From an uncultured Acidobacteriota bacterium (GTDB lineage Bacteria; Acidobacteriota; Thermoanaerobaculia; Multivoradales; UBA5704): a DNA stretch of 64,000 nucleotides. Positions 1-10,643 of the stretch are shown one piece after another (position 1 is the stretch's first letter; the number at the start of each line of letters is the position of its first letter). The stretch is taken from the NCBI GenBank assembly GCA_963770895.1, contig CAVYRF010000002.1, forward strand, positions 4,448,001-4,512,000. The letters run 5' to 3'. The translations under genes and the position numbers were made by a program. The notes beneath the pieces are model-generated. The model ran no database searches. It worked only from the letters and a program-made list of their open reading frames with translations, and was not told where the DNA came from.

Positions 1-87
1 GGCGAGCCGTCGCGCGTCGGGCGCAAGCGTCTGGACGACGGCCGCGGCGTGCGGGTCTGCAAGAGCTGCAACGCCACGTTCAGCTAG
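1..87 (+). CDS. rplX: 50S ribosomal protein L24, C-terminal fragment (5' truncated by window)
   Basis: Frame 1 reads [28 protein letters not shown]-stop (TAG 85-87), a typical L24 C-terminus, directly upstream of rplE. Confidence 0.85.
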   Translation, partial: GEPSRVGRKRLDDGRGVRVCKSCNATFS

Positions 88-103
88 CGGCGTGAGGATC
101 GAC

Positions 104-820
<717 letters not shown>

Positions 821-830
821 GAGACATCCC

Positions 831-1016
831 GTGGCCACGACCGCAAAGATCGCCAGAACCAAACAGAAGCAGAAGTTCGAAGTGCGTCTGAGGAACCGCT
901 GCCGCGTCTGCGGCCGCCCGCGCGGGTACTACCGCAAGTTCGGGCTGTGCCGTATCCACCTCCGCGACCTTGCGCTCGCCGGCTACCTGCCGGGCGTGAT
1001 CAAGGCCAGCTGGTAG
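831..1016 (+). CDS. rpsN: 30S ribosomal protein S14, short zinc-binding type
   Basis: 61 aa, [23 protein letters not shown]...[11 protein letters not shown] start after AGGAGA. Confidence 0.96.
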   Translation: MATTAKIARTKQKQKFEVRLRNRCRVCGRPRGYYRKFGLCRIHLRDLALAGYLPGVIKASW

Positions 1017-1049
1017 CGCGACAGGCCCGGCCTCTAGGAGACTTGACCG

Positions 1050-1457
1050 ATGAGCATGACCGATCCCATTGCGGATCTGCTGACCCGAATCAGGAACGCC
1101 CACCTGTCGAAGCACGACCGGCTCGACGTGCCGGCTTCGAAGCTGAAGCTGGAGATCGTCCGCCTGCTCAAGGAGGAGGGCTTCATCAAGAACCTGCGGC
1201 AGATCGACCCGGCCGAGGGCGAGCCGGTCGGCACCCTGCGCATCTTCCTGCGCTACAGCGCAGAAGGGACGCCGGCGATCAACCACGTGGCGCGCGTCAG
1301 CCGTCCCGGGCGCCGCGTCTACGCTCGCGCCGAAGACATCAAGCCGGTGCGCAACGGACTCGGGGTCGGCATCGTATCGACGTCGCAGGGGCTGCTCACC
1401 GACAGCCAGGCGCGCGAGCGCCGGGTGGGCGGCGAGCTGCTGTGCGAAATCTGGTAG
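1050..1457 (+). CDS. rpsH: 30S ribosomal protein S8
   Basis: MTDPIADLLTRIRNA...SRPGRRVY...STSQG...GGELLCEIW. Confidence 0.98.
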   Translation: MSMTDPIADLLTRIRNAHLSKHDRLDVPASKLKLEIVRLLKEEGFIKNLRQIDPAEGEPVGTLRIFLRYSAEGTPAINHVARVSRPGRRVYARAEDIKPVRNGLGVGIVSTSQGLLTDSQARERRVGGELLCEIW

Positions 1458-1499
1458 CGGGCTCGCCACGGCCAGCGGTTCAGCGGTAAGGAGACGAGC

Positions 1500-2042
1500 A
1501 TGTCGCGGATTGGAAAGATGCCGATCACGGTCCCCAAGGGGACCAGTGTGCAATTCAAGGATGGCCGCTTCACCGCCGAGGGGCCGAAGGGCAAGGTCGA
1601 GCAGCACGTGTTCGACGGCTACCCGGTGGCGGTGGACAACGGTGTCGTCACCATCTCGCGCTCGGGCGATACCGGCCCCGAGCGGTCCAAGCACGGATTG
1701 CTGCGGGCGCTGCTGGCCAACGCCGTGCACGGGGTTTCGACCGGTTTTACGAAGCAGCTGGATATCGTCGGCGTCGGCTACCGGGCCGAGGTCAAGGGGA
1801 GCGTCGTGCAGTTCGCCCTGGGCTACTCGCACCCGGTGCTGTACGACATCCCGGCGGGGATCAAGATCGAGATCGATGCCAAGGCCAACCGCGTGACGGT
1901 GACCGGCGCCGATCGCCAGCAGGTGGGGCAGGTGGCGGCGGAGATCCGCGGTCTGCGCCGGCCCGATCCCTACAAGGGCAAGGGCATCCGGTATACCAAT
2001 GAGATCCTGCGCCGCAAGGTCGGCAAGGCCGGTGGCAAGTAA
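1500..2042 (+). CDS. rplF: 50S ribosomal protein L6
   Basis: MSRIGKMPI...GVGYRA...LGYSHP...[11 protein letters not shown]. Confidence 0.98.
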   Translation: MSRIGKMPITVPKGTSVQFKDGRFTAEGPKGKVEQHVFDGYPVAVDNGVVTISRSGDTGPERSKHGLLRALLANAVHGVSTGFTKQLDIVGVGYRAEVKGSVVQFALGYSHPVLYDIPAGIKIEIDAKANRVTVTGADRQQVGQVAAEIRGLRRPDPYKGKGIRYTNEILRRKVGKAGGK

Positions 2043-2053
2043 GGAGCCGTGCG

Positions 2054-2440
2054 ATGAGCGACCACGTAACCAAACGGATGAAGCAGAAGCGGCAGCGGCG
2101 CCACCGCGCCCACCTGCGGGTGCGTTCGCGGGTGCAGGGCACCACCGAACGTCCGCGCCTGTCGGTCTACAAGAGCCTGCGCTACATCTACGCGCAGGTG
2201 ATCGACGACACCCGCGGCGTAACGCTGGTCGCCGCGGGTTCGGCGGACGCGGCGGTGCGCGGTCAGCTCGCCAAGTCGACCGCCAGCCAGGAGGCCGCCA
2301 AGCTGGTGGGCCAGCTGGTGGCGGAGCGGGCGCGCGAGCGGGGCATCGAAAAGGTGGTCTTCGATCGTGGCGGGTACATCTATCACGGCAACGTGAAGGC
2401 GCTCGCCGAGGCCGCCCGCGAGAAGGGTTTGCAGTTCTAG
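2054..2440 (+). CDS. rplR: 50S ribosomal protein L18
   Basis: [20 protein letters not shown]...[12 protein letters not shown]...AREKGLQF. Confidence 0.98.
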   Translation: MSDHVTKRMKQKRQRRHRAHLRVRSRVQGTTERPRLSVYKSLRYIYAQVIDDTRGVTLVAAGSADAAVRGQLAKSTASQEAAKLVGQLVAERARERGIEKVVFDRGGYIYHGNVKALAEAAREKGLQF

Positions 2441-2474
2441 GGCCGGCTTCGTCCGGCTTACGAAGGAGATTAGC

Positions 2475-3287
2475 TTGGCCAGGGACTTCGAGCGCGAGAG
2501 CGAGTTTTTCGAGCAGGTCGTCCACATCAACCGGGTGACCAAGGTGGTCAAGGGGGGTAAGAACTTCTCCTTCTCCGCCCTGGTGGTGATCGGCGACGGC
2601 AACGGCCGCGTCGGTTACGGCGCCGGCAAGGCGAAGGAGGTCCCCATGGCCATCCGCAAGGGGATCGAGATCGCCAAGCGCAACATGGTGCAGGTGCCTC
2701 TCAAGGGCACCACCATCCCGCACGAGGTGTTGGGCGAATTCAGCGCCGGCCGGGTGCTGCTCAAGCCGGCCTCGGCAGGTACCGGCGTCATCGCCGGCGG
2801 GCCGGTGCGGGCGGTGCTCGAAACCGCGGGCATTCAGGACATCCTGACCAAGTCGCTGGGTTCCACCAACCCGCACAACGTGGTCAAGGCGACGTTCGCC
2901 GCGCTGCTCGGCCTGCGCCAGGAGGACGAGGTGCGCCGTCTGCGCGGCCTGCCGCCGCGCGAGCCGGCCCCCGGCGAAGTCGCGCCGGCTCCGGTGCGGC
3001 GCCGGCCCATGCGGCCGGAGCGGCCGCCGGAGCGCACCGGCGGCGGTCCGCCGGGACGCGGTGGCGCGGGTGGCGGACGCGGGCGCGGTGGCGCTGGCGG
3101 CGCTGGCGGCGCTGGCGGCGGACGACGCGATGCGGCGTCCTCCTCCTCCTCCTCCTCCGGGCCGGGCGGTGCCGCGGCCCCGGCCCCGGCGGCGGCGCCT
3201 GCGGGCGGTGGCGCAGGTGCGACCGGCGCCGGCAGCGCGAGCGGTGCCAGCGGAGCGGCGGCCAGCCCGGAGAAGGATTCGGAATAG
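2475..3287 (+). CDS. rpsE: 30S ribosomal protein S5 with long low-complexity C-terminal tail
   Basis: [24 protein letters not shown]...GTGVIAGG...[13 protein letters not shown] start after AAGGAG. Confidence 0.97.
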   Translation: MARDFERESEFFEQVVHINRVTKVVKGGKNFSFSALVVIGDGNGRVGYGAGKAKEVPMAIRKGIEIAKRNMVQVPLKGTTIPHEVLGEFSAGRVLLKPASAGTGVIAGGPVRAVLETAGIQDILTKSLGSTNPHNVVKATFAALLGLRQEDEVRRLRGLPPREPAPGEVAPAPVRRRPMRPERPPERTGGGPPGRGGAGGGRGRGGAGGAGGAGGGRRDAASSSSSSSGPGGAAAPAPAAAPAGGGAGATGAGSASGASGAAASPEKDSE

Positions 3288-3371
3288 GCGGGTAGGTGTC
3301 CGCTGACCCACCCGCCGCCCCGCACGGAGCGTTCGGGGGCAGCGGGCAAGGGATGAACAGGAGACGGCGAG

Positions 3372-3578
3372 ATGGCGAGCGAACAGGAAGCCGGTAAGAC
3401 AATCAGGATCAGGCAGGTGCGCAGCGTGATCGGCACCCGCCGCCCGCACCGGGTGGTGCTGCACGGGCTCGGCCTGCGCAAGATCCGTGACGAAGTGGTC
3501 CGCCCCGACACGCCGGCGGTGCGCGGCGCGGTGGCGAAGGTCCAATACCTGCTGGAGATCGTCGAGGAGAAGTCATGA
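3372..3578 (+). CDS. rpmD: 50S ribosomal protein L30
   Basis: [11 protein letters not shown]...LGLRKI...DTPAVRG. Lies between rpsE and rplO. Confidence 0.95.
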   Translation: MASEQEAGKTIRIRQVRSVIGTRRPHRVVLHGLGLRKIRDEVVRPDTPAVRGAVAKVQYLLEIVEEKS

Positions 3579-4021
3579 AGCTGCACGAGTTGAAACCGGC
3601 CAAGGGAAGCAAGCACTCCCGCAAGCGGGTGGGGCGTGGTCCGGGCTCCGGTCTCGGCAAGACCGCCGGCAAGGGCGAAAAGGGGCAGAAGTCGCGCTCC
3701 GGCTACTCCAAGCGGTTCGGCTTCGAAGGCGGCCAGATGCCGCTCATCCGGCGGGTGCCCAAGCGCGGTTTCACCAACATCTTTAAGACCGAATATTCCG
3801 TGGTCAACCTGTCGCAGCTGGGCAAGCTGGACGCCGGCGCCTCCGACGTGACGCCTGAGCTGCTCGCGACGCGCGGCTTCGTGCGCGCGGGGCGGCCGGT
3901 CAAGGTGCTGGGGGTGGGCGACGTCGAGCGGGCGTTCAAGGTCAAGGCTCATCGTTTCAGCAAAACGGCCCGCGCCAAGATCGAAGCCGCGGGCGGCAGC
4001 TGTGAGGAGCTTCCGGCGTGA
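3575..4021 (+). CDS. rplO: 50S ribosomal protein L15
   Basis: [26 protein letters not shown]...[13 protein letters not shown] overlap with rpmD. Confidence 0.98.
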   Translation: MKLHELKPAKGSKHSRKRVGRGPGSGLGKTAGKGEKGQKSRSGYSKRFGFEGGQMPLIRRVPKRGFTNIFKTEYSVVNLSQLGKLDAGASDVTPELLATRGFVRAGRPVKVLGVGDVERAFKVKAHRFSKTARAKIEAAGGSCEELPA

Positions 4022-5403
4022 TTCAAAGCTTCCGCAACATCTTCGCGATCCCCGAGCTGCGCAAGCGGGTGTTGTTCACCTTCGGCCTGCTGGCGGTGTA
4101 CCGCATCGGCTGCGCGATCCCGACGCCGGGGGTGGACCCCCAGGCGCTGCTCGAGTTCATGCGCTCGCAGGCGGATTCGTTCCTGGGCTTCATCAACACC
4201 TTCACCGGTGGCAGCCTGCGGCGCATCGCGATCTTTTCGCTCGGCATCATGCCGTACATCACCGCTTCCATCATCCTGCAGCTGCTGACGGTGGTGTGGC
4301 CGTACCTCGAAAAGCTGTCCAAAGAGGGCGAGCTGGGGCGCAAGAAGATCACCCAGTACACCCGTTACGGCACGGTGCTGATCTCGCTCGTGCAGGGCAC
4401 CGGCATCGCCATCTTCCTGGAAAGCATGACCTCGCCGGGCGGCGCGGCGCTCGTGCCGCACCCCGGCTGGGGCTTCCGCGCCCTCACCGTGATCACGCTG
4501 ACGACCGGCACCGCCTTCGTCATGTGGCTGGGCGAGCAGATCAGCGAGCGCGGCATCGGCAACGGCATCTCGCTGATCATCTTCGCCGGCATCGTGGTCG
4601 GCTTCATCCCGGCCATCGGCAACACCTTGAGCAGCTTGCAGCGCGGCAACCTCAACCTGATCGAGATCGTGCCGCTGGTGGTGTTCATGGTGGCGGTCGT
4701 CGCCTTCATCGTCTACATGGAGCGGGCGCAGCGGCGCATCCCGGTGCAGTACGCCAAGCGCGTCATCGGGCGCAAGATCTACGGCGGCCAGGCCACCTAC
4801 CTGCCGCTGCGGGTCAACACCGGCGGCGTCATCCCGGTCATCTTCGCCGGGTCGGTCGTCACCATCCCGACGGTGCTTGCCAGCATGCTGCAAAGCTCGC
4901 AGTGGGTGCAGGACACCGCCGCCTACATCAAGTACGGAGCGCCGATCTACTACCTGCTGCAGGTGGTGGCGATCGTGTTCTTTTCGTACTTCTACATCTC
5001 GATCATCTTCAACCCGGACGACCTGGCCGAAAACATGCGCAAGTACGGCGGGTTCATTCCTGGCATCCGCCCCGGCAAGCGGACGAGCGAGTACATCGAC
5101 CGCATCCTGACGCGCATCACCCTGGTGGGCTCGCTCTACCTGGCGGCGGTGTCGATCCTGCCGGAGTTCCTGCTCACCGGCGTCCACGTCGGCGGGCTGC
5201 CGTGGATCGGCGCGCGGCTGGACGCGTTCTTCCCCAGCTGGTTCAAGGAAGGCATGGGGATCAACTTCTACTTTGGCGGCACCTCGCTTTTGATCGTGGT
5301 CGGCGTCGCCATGGACACCATCCAGCAGGTCGAGAGCCAGTTGGTCATGCGCAACTACGAAGGCTTCATGAAGAGGAGCCGCATTCGTGGCAGACGCGGC
5401 TGA
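4018..5403 (+). CDS. secY: Preprotein translocase subunit SecY
   Basis: [50 protein letters not shown]. Multiple TM helices. Confidence 0.98.
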   Translation: MIQSFRNIFAIPELRKRVLFTFGLLAVYRIGCAIPTPGVDPQALLEFMRSQADSFLGFINTFTGGSLRRIAIFSLGIMPYITASIILQLLTVVWPYLEKLSKEGELGRKKITQYTRYGTVLISLVQGTGIAIFLESMTSPGGAALVPHPGWGFRALTVITLTTGTAFVMWLGEQISERGIGNGISLIIFAGIVVGFIPAIGNTLSSLQRGNLNLIEIVPLVVFMVAVVAFIVYMERAQRRIPVQYAKRVIGRKIYGGQATYLPLRVNTGGVIPVIFAGSVVTIPTVLASMLQSSQWVQDTAAYIKYGAPIYYLLQVVAIVFFSYFYISIIFNPDDLAENMRKYGGFIPGIRPGKRTSEYIDRILTRITLVGSLYLAAVSILPEFLLTGVHVGGLPWIGARLDAFFPSWFKEGMGINFYFGGTSLLIVVGVAMDTIQQVESQLVMRNYEGFMKRSRIRGRRG

Positions 5404-6022
5404 TGAAGCCGCCGTCCCTGCTCAGGGCTCGTCACCCGGTCGAGCGGCTGTGCCGCGGCCGGGGCGGCGCCTCGTGCTGCTGGGACCGCCGAACGCCGGC
5501 AAGGGAACCCAGGGGGCGATGCTGACCTCGCACCTGGGGGTTCCGGGGGTTTCGACCGGCGACATGCTGCGCGCGGAGTCGCAGTCGGGTACGGAGCTGG
5601 GGCTGCGGGTGCGGTCGATCATGGACGCGGGCGAGCTGGTGGACGACGCCACCATGGCCGACGTGGTGCGGGCGCGCTTGCGCCAGCCGGACGCCGGCAG
5701 CGGCTTTCTGCTGGACGGGTACCCGCGCACGATGGCGCAAGCGCAGACGCTGCAGGGCATCCTGGACGCGGCCGGCCAGCGGCTGGACAGGGTGCTGCTG
5801 GTGAGCGTCCCCGAAGAGGAGCTGGTGCGGCGGGCGATGTCGCGCGGGCGGTCGGACGACCGCGAAGACGTGGTGCGCGAAAGATTGCGCGTCTATCGGG
5901 AAAAAACTGCGCCTCTCATCGGTTATTATAGGGGGCTCGGTCTGTTGCGGGAGGTTGACGGCAACCGTCCTGTTGCGGACGTCGGTCACGCGCTGCTGGC
6001 CGCCCTTGAGGTGGAACCATGA
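5387..6022 (+). CDS. adk: Adenylate kinase (short, LID-reduced type); start uncertain
   Basis: P-loop GPPNAGKGTQ, STGDMLR, GFLLDGYPRT, short GRSDDREDVV lid. Confidence 0.95.
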   Translation: MADAADEAAVPAQGSSPGRAAVPRPGRRLVLLGPPNAGKGTQGAMLTSHLGVPGVSTGDMLRAESQSGTELGLRVRSIMDAGELVDDATMADVVRARLRQPDAGSGFLLDGYPRTMAQAQTLQGILDAAGQRLDRVLLVSVPEEELVRRAMSRGRSDDREDVVRERLRVYREKTAPLIGYYRGLGLLREVDGNRPVADVGHALLAALEVEP

Positions 6023-6768
6023 CAGTGCTGAAGACTGCCGGCGAGATCGAGCTGATGGACGAAGCCAACCGCATCGTCCATCAGGTGCTGGATGAAATGG
6101 AGCGGACGATCGCTCCCGGGGTGACGCCGCGCGAGCTGGATCGGCACGCCGAACGGGTGATCCGGGCGGCCGGCGCGGTGCCGGCGTTCCTGCATTACCG
6201 CGGCTATCCCGCGACGCTGTGCATCTCGGTCAACGACGTCATCGTGCACGGCATCCCCAACGACACGCCGCTGGCGCTGGGCGACATCGCGGGGATCGAC
6301 TGCGGCGTCGTGTACAAGGGCTATTACGGCGATGCGGCGCGCACCTTCGCGGTGGGCGCGATCGACGAAGCGTCGCGCAAGCTCCTGCAGGTGACGCGGG
6401 AAGCGCTGCTGCTGGCGGTCGAGCAGGTGAAGCCGGGGGCGCGCCTGTCGGACATCGGTCACGCGGTGCAGCGGCACGCCGAAAGCAACGGCTTTTCGGT
6501 GGTGCGGGAATTTTCGGGGCACGGCATCGGTACTGCGATGCACGAGGACCCGCAGGTGCCCAACTTCGGCGAGCCGGGCAAGGGGTTGAAGCTGCGCCCC
6601 GGATTGGTTTTGGCGATCGAGCCGATGGTCAACGCCGGCACTGCCGGAGTGCGGGTCGATCCAGACGGCTGGACGGCGCGCACGGAAGACGGGTCGCGGT
6701 CGGCTCATTTCGAGTACTCGGTGGCGGTCACCGATCACGGCGCGCGAGTGCTGGGAACGCGGGTATAG
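6019..6768 (+). CDS. map: Methionine aminopeptidase type I
   Basis: [41 protein letters not shown]. Confidence 0.97.
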   Translation: MTVLKTAGEIELMDEANRIVHQVLDEMERTIAPGVTPRELDRHAERVIRAAGAVPAFLHYRGYPATLCISVNDVIVHGIPNDTPLALGDIAGIDCGVVYKGYYGDAARTFAVGAIDEASRKLLQVTREALLLAVEQVKPGARLSDIGHAVQRHAESNGFSVVREFSGHGIGTAMHEDPQVPNFGEPGKGLKLRPGLVLAIEPMVNAGTAGVRVDPDGWTARTEDGSRSAHFEYSVAVTDHGARVLGTRV

Positions 6769-6774
6769 GAATAC

Positions 6775-6999
6775 ATGTCGAAAAAGGAAGAAGCGATCGA
6801 AGTCGAAGCGACGGTGGTCGAGCCGCTGCCCAACGCCATGTTCCGGGTGGAGCTCGACAACAACAAGCACCAGGTGCTGGCTCACATTTCGGGGAAGATG
6901 CGCAAGCACTTCATCCGTATTCTGCCCGGCGACCGGGTGCTGGTCGAGCTGTCGCCCTACGACTTGAGCCGCGGCCGCATCGTCTACCGCTTGAAATAG
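6775..6999 (+). CDS. infA: Translation initiation factor IF-1
   Basis: [10 protein letters not shown]...AHISGKMR...[15 protein letters not shown]. Confidence 0.98.
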   Translation: MSKKEEAIEVEATVVEPLPNAMFRVELDNNKHQVLAHISGKMRKHFIRILPGDRVLVELSPYDLSRGRIVYRLK

Positions 7000-7049
7000 C
7001 AGGCGGTGGGCGCTCCAGGCCGCGTTCGGGACGGAAAGGAAGTGGAGTC

Positions 7050-7163
7050 ATGAAAGTGCGTTCGTCGGTGAAACGGATCTGTCCAAAGTGCAAGGTCGTC
7101 CGCCGCCGCGGCGTGGTGCGGGTGATTTGCGAGAACCCGAAGCATAAACAGCGTCAGGGATAG
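7050..7163 (+). CDS. rpmJ: 50S ribosomal protein L36 (zinc-binding type)
   Basis: 37 aa, [37 protein letters not shown]. Hidden at the end of the spurious 6219..7163 ORF. Confidence 0.97.
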   Translation: MKVRSSVKRICPKCKVVRRRGVVRVICENPKHKQRQG

Positions 7164-7172
7164 GGGTCGGCT

Positions 7173-7556
7173 ATGGCACGTATCGCAGGCGTGGACCTGC
7201 CACAGAACAAGCAAGTCTGGATCGGTCTGACCTACATCTACGGGATCGGCCGCTCGCGCTCGCAGGACATCCTGGTCAAGGCGGAAGTGCCGTCGACGAC
7301 CCGCGTCAAGGAGCTGACCGAGGACGAAGCGCGCCGCATCCGCAAGGTCATCACCGATGAGGGCCGGGTCGAAGGCGACCTGCGCAAGGAAGTGAGCCAG
7401 AACATCAAGCGGCTGATGGAGATCGGCTGCTACCGCGGGGTGCGTCACCGCAAGGGGCTGCCGGTGCGCGGCCAGCGCACGCAGACCAACGCCCGCACCC
7501 GCAAGGGACCGCGGCGCGGCGCCGTGGCCGGCAAGAAGAAGGCGGCCAAGAAGTAG
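7173..7556 (+). CDS. rpsM: 30S ribosomal protein S13
   Basis: [10 protein letters not shown]...LTYIYGIG...[18 protein letters not shown]. Confidence 0.98.
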   Translation: MARIAGVDLPQNKQVWIGLTYIYGIGRSRSQDILVKAEVPSTTRVKELTEDEARRIRKVITDEGRVEGDLRKEVSQNIKRLMEIGCYRGVRHRKGLPVRGQRTQTNARTRKGPRRGAVAGKKKAAKK

Positions 7557-7601
7557 TCGCGGCCGCCTGCCGACGAACCCACCGGATCAGCGAGGAACGA
7601 G

Positions 7602-8006
7602 ATGGCCAAGACGGAAGCCAAGAAGGAGCGCAAGGGTACCAAGAAGAAGGACCGGCGCGTGGTGCCGCACGGGGTGGCGCACATCCAGGCGACATTCAAC
7701 AACACCATCATTTCGATCGCCGACCCCGAGGGCAGCATCGTCTCGTGGTCGTCCGCCGGCCGGATCGGCTTCAAGGGCTCGCGCAAGGGCACTCCGTTTG
7801 CGGCGCAGGTGGCGGCGCAGGCCGCCGGCAACAACGCCAAGGACGTCGGCCTGCGGTCGGTGGACGTGATGGTCAAGGGGCCGGGCGCCGGCCGCGAGTC
7901 GGCGATCCGCGCCCTGCAAGCGGCAGGGATCGACGTCAAGTCGATCAAGGACGTGACCCCCATCCCGCACAACGGCTGCCGGCCGCGGAAGCGGCGGCGG
8001 GTCTGA
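7602..8006 (+). CDS. rpsK: 30S ribosomal protein S11
   Basis: [10 protein letters not shown]...[14 protein letters not shown]...[12 protein letters not shown]. Confidence 0.98.
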   Translation: MAKTEAKKERKGTKKKDRRVVPHGVAHIQATFNNTIISIADPEGSIVSWSSAGRIGFKGSRKGTPFAAQVAAQAAGNNAKDVGLRSVDVMVKGPGAGRESAIRALQAAGIDVKSIKDVTPIPHNGCRPRKRRRV

Positions 8007-8066
8007 TCCTGTCCCGCGCCGCAGGCGCGGAGGGATCTCGATAGATACCGGCCGAGCTGCAAGTTT

Positions 8067-8146
8067 GCCCCGGGTGTGCCGGGGCGCTCGCCGGGCGTCT
8101 TCCCGGGTTGAAGTCCCCGTAGCGTCGGGGAGAGGACGTCAAGGAG
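8067..8146 (+). promoter_or_regulatory. Structured rpsD leader (nested hairpins abutting the SD); possible S4 autoregulatory element
   Basis: Hairpin gccccgg/ccggggc at 8067-8085. Stem ggcgtcttc (8094-8102) with gaggacgtc (8132-8140) encloses tccccg/cgggga. SD AAGGAG at 8141-8146. Confidence 0.4.
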
Positions 8147-8155
8147 ACATCGCAA

Positions 8156-8785
8156 GTGGCACGATACACAGGACCTGTTTGCCGGCTCTGCCGCCGCGAA
8201 CGGATGAAGCTGTTCCTCAAGGGTGACCGCTGTTTCAAGGAGAAGTGCGCCGTCGAGCGCCGCAACTTCCCTCCCGGCCAGCACGGCACGCGCCGCGGCC
8301 GGCGCACGCTCGGCTACGGCCTGCAGCTGCGCGAAAAGCAGAAGGTCAAGCGTATCTACGGCGTGCTCGAAGCGCAGTTCCGCACGTATTTCGCCGAGGC
8401 GGACCGGCGCAAAGGGATCACCGGCGACAACCTCCTGGTGATGCTGGAGCGGCGGCTGGACAACATCTCCTACAGCCTGGGCTTCGCCGCTTCGCGCGCC
8501 CAGGCGCGGCAGTTCGTGCGCCACGGCCACGTCACGGTGGACGGCCGCAAGATCACCATCCCCTCCTTCCAGGTGAAGGCCGGGCAGGTGGTGGCGGTCA
8601 AGGAGGCAAGCCGCAAGAACGCCTTCATCCGGTCGAGCGTCGAAACGGCGCGCGGTCGCGGCGTACCCGACTGGCTCGACCTGGACGCCGAAAACGTCAC
8701 CGGCAAGGTCACCCGCCTGCCGACGCGGGAGGACATCAAGCTGCCGATCCAGGAGCAGCTGATCGTCGAGCTGTACAGCCGCTAA
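8156..8785 (+). CDS. rpsD: 30S ribosomal protein S4 (Cys4 zinc-type N-terminus)
   Basis: [15 protein letters not shown]...LREKQK...LERRLDN...LIVELYSR. Confidence 0.98.
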   Translation: MARYTGPVCRLCRRERMKLFLKGDRCFKEKCAVERRNFPPGQHGTRRGRRTLGYGLQLREKQKVKRIYGVLEAQFRTYFAEADRRKGITGDNLLVMLERRLDNISYSLGFAASRAQARQFVRHGHVTVDGRKITIPSFQVKAGQVVAVKEASRKNAFIRSSVETARGRGVPDWLDLDAENVTGKVTRLPTREDIKLPIQEQLIVELYSR

Positions 8786-8816
8786 AACGAGCTGCAATCG
8801 CAGTAAGGAGTCCCGA

Positions 8817-9803
8817 ATGCTTTGGAAAAGTTTCCAGCGCCCCAAGCGCGTTGAAATCGATAGCGAAACACTGACCCCGACCTACGGCCGCTTCACCGCC
8901 CAGCCGTTCGAGCGCGGCTTCGCCACCACCATCGGCAACGCCCTGCGGCGCTGCCTGCTGTCCTCGATCGAAGGGGCGGCGATCACCTCGGTGCACATCG
9001 AGGGGGTGCTGCACGAGTTTTCGTCCATCCCCGGCGTGCAGGAAGACGTCACCGACATCATTCTCAACTTGAAGCAGATCCCGATCCGGCTGCACAGCGA
9101 AGACGCCAAGGTGCTGACCGTCGACGTCGCCGGGCCGGCCAATGCGACCGCCGGCCAGATGACCGAAGATTCGCAGATCGAGATCATCGATCCCAGCATC
9201 CACATCGCCACCGTCAACGAGGAAGGCCACCTGAAGCTGCAGGCGCAGGTCAAGCGCGGCCGCGGCTACGTGGCGGCCGACCGCAACTTCGACGAATCGA
9301 TGGGCATCGGCTGGGTGCCGGTCGACTCGGCGCACAGCCCGGTGCGGCGCGTCAACTACCGCGTCGAGGCGGCACGCCTGGGTCAGACCACCGACTACGA
9401 GCGGTTGATCCTGGAGGTGTGGACCAACGGCACCGTGGCGCCGGAGCAGGCGGTGTCGCTCGCCGCGACGCTGCTCAAGGACCACCTGGGCATCTTCATC
9501 CAGAGCGAAGAGGGTCTGCGGCACGACGGCGGCGAAGCGAGCGAAGAGCTGGCGGGCCTCGACGCGCTGCTGGCCAAGCAGATCGACGAGCTGGACCTGT
9601 CGGTGCGCTCGGCCAATTCGCTCAAGAACGCCAACATCCACACCTTGCGGGACCTGGTGCGGCGCAGCGAAAAAGACATGATGGAAACGAAGAACTTCGG
9701 CAAGAAGTCGCTCGAAGAGGTGCAGGAGGTACTCGACAAGCTGGGCCTCTCGCTCGGCATGGAGGTGCCGGAGCGGCCGGCCGGAGCCGGGGCTTCCGCC
9801 TGA
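8817..9803 (+). CDS. rpoA: RNA polymerase alpha subunit
   Basis: PFERGFATTIGNALRR, VLHEFSSIPGV, alpha-CTD LDLSVRSANSLKNA...NFGKKSL. Confidence 0.98.
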   Translation: MLWKSFQRPKRVEIDSETLTPTYGRFTAQPFERGFATTIGNALRRCLLSSIEGAAITSVHIEGVLHEFSSIPGVQEDVTDIILNLKQIPIRLHSEDAKVLTVDVAGPANATAGQMTEDSQIEIIDPSIHIATVNEEGHLKLQAQVKRGRGYVAADRNFDESMGIGWVPVDSAHSPVRRVNYRVEAARLGQTTDYERLILEVWTNGTVAPEQAVSLAATLLKDHLGIFIQSEEGLRHDGGEASEELAGLDALLAKQIDELDLSVRSANSLKNANIHTLRDLVRRSEKDMMETKNFGKKSLEEVQEVLDKLGLSLGMEVPERPAGAGASA

Positions 9804-9842
9804 GATGCGTGGGGCGGCACTGCCCCCAAGGAGATCTGAGAG

Positions 9843-10520
9843 ATGCGTCACGCAGTCAGAGGCAGGAAGCTCGGCCGCACGTCCTCGCACCGCGAGGCGT
9901 TGTTCCGCAACCAGCTGCAGTCGCTGATGGACCATGAGCGGATCATCACCACGCTGCCCAAGGCCAAGGAGCTGCGCCCGCTCGCCGAGCGGGTGATCAC
10001 CCGTGGCAAGCAGGACAGCGTGCATTCGCGCCGCTGGGCGCTGCGCTGGCTGCTGCGCCGCGACCTGGTCAAGAAGCTGTTCGACGAGATCTCGCCGCGC
10101 TTTGCCGAGCGGCCGGGCGGCTATCTGCGGATCGTCAAGCTGGGACCACGCCAGGGCGACGGCGCCGAGATGGCGGTGATCGAGATGGTGGACCGCGTTG
10201 CGCCGGCCGCCGACAAGAAGGACAGCAAGGGCACCGGCGGCGGCGGCAACAAGGGCGCGAGCGCCGCCAAGTCGGCCAAACCGGCCAAGCCGTCGCGCGG
10301 CAAGGCGGCGAAGGGCGCCGACGCGGAGGGCGCTGAGGGCGCCAAGGCGGAAAAGCCCGCCAAGCCCGCCAAGAAGGCCAAGGCCAAGCCCGCGGCGCCG
10401 GCGCAGGCCGACGCCGGCAAGGGCGGCAAGAAGGAGCGGGCGCCCAAGAGCGACGTCAAGCGCGCCAACCGGCCGCAGGGCGGCGGCCGCAAGCCGACCA
10501 CCCCGCGCAAGACGGTCTAA
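9843..10520 (+). CDS. rplQ: 50S ribosomal protein L17 with Lys/Ala/Pro-rich C-terminal extension
   Basis: MRH...KLGRTSSHR...TTLPKAKE...RPGGYLRI...GDGAEMAVIE, then ~105 aa basic tail. Confidence 0.97.
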   Translation: MRHAVRGRKLGRTSSHREALFRNQLQSLMDHERIITTLPKAKELRPLAERVITRGKQDSVHSRRWALRWLLRRDLVKKLFDEISPRFAERPGGYLRIVKLGPRQGDGAEMAVIEMVDRVAPAADKKDSKGTGGGGNKGASAAKSAKPAKPSRGKAAKGADAEGAEGAKAEKPAKPAKKAKAKPAAPAQADAGKGGKKERAPKSDVKRANRPQGGGRKPTTPRKTV

Positions 10521-10643
10521 GCGGTTCTTTTTCTCCAACGCGCTCGCCGTGCGGCCCCTGACTTGATGGGCGGTGCGGCGGGCGCGTCTAAACTTTGGTG
10601 CGGCAGATCCCGTAGGAGATGTGCTCGAACGGGAGACTCCGAC

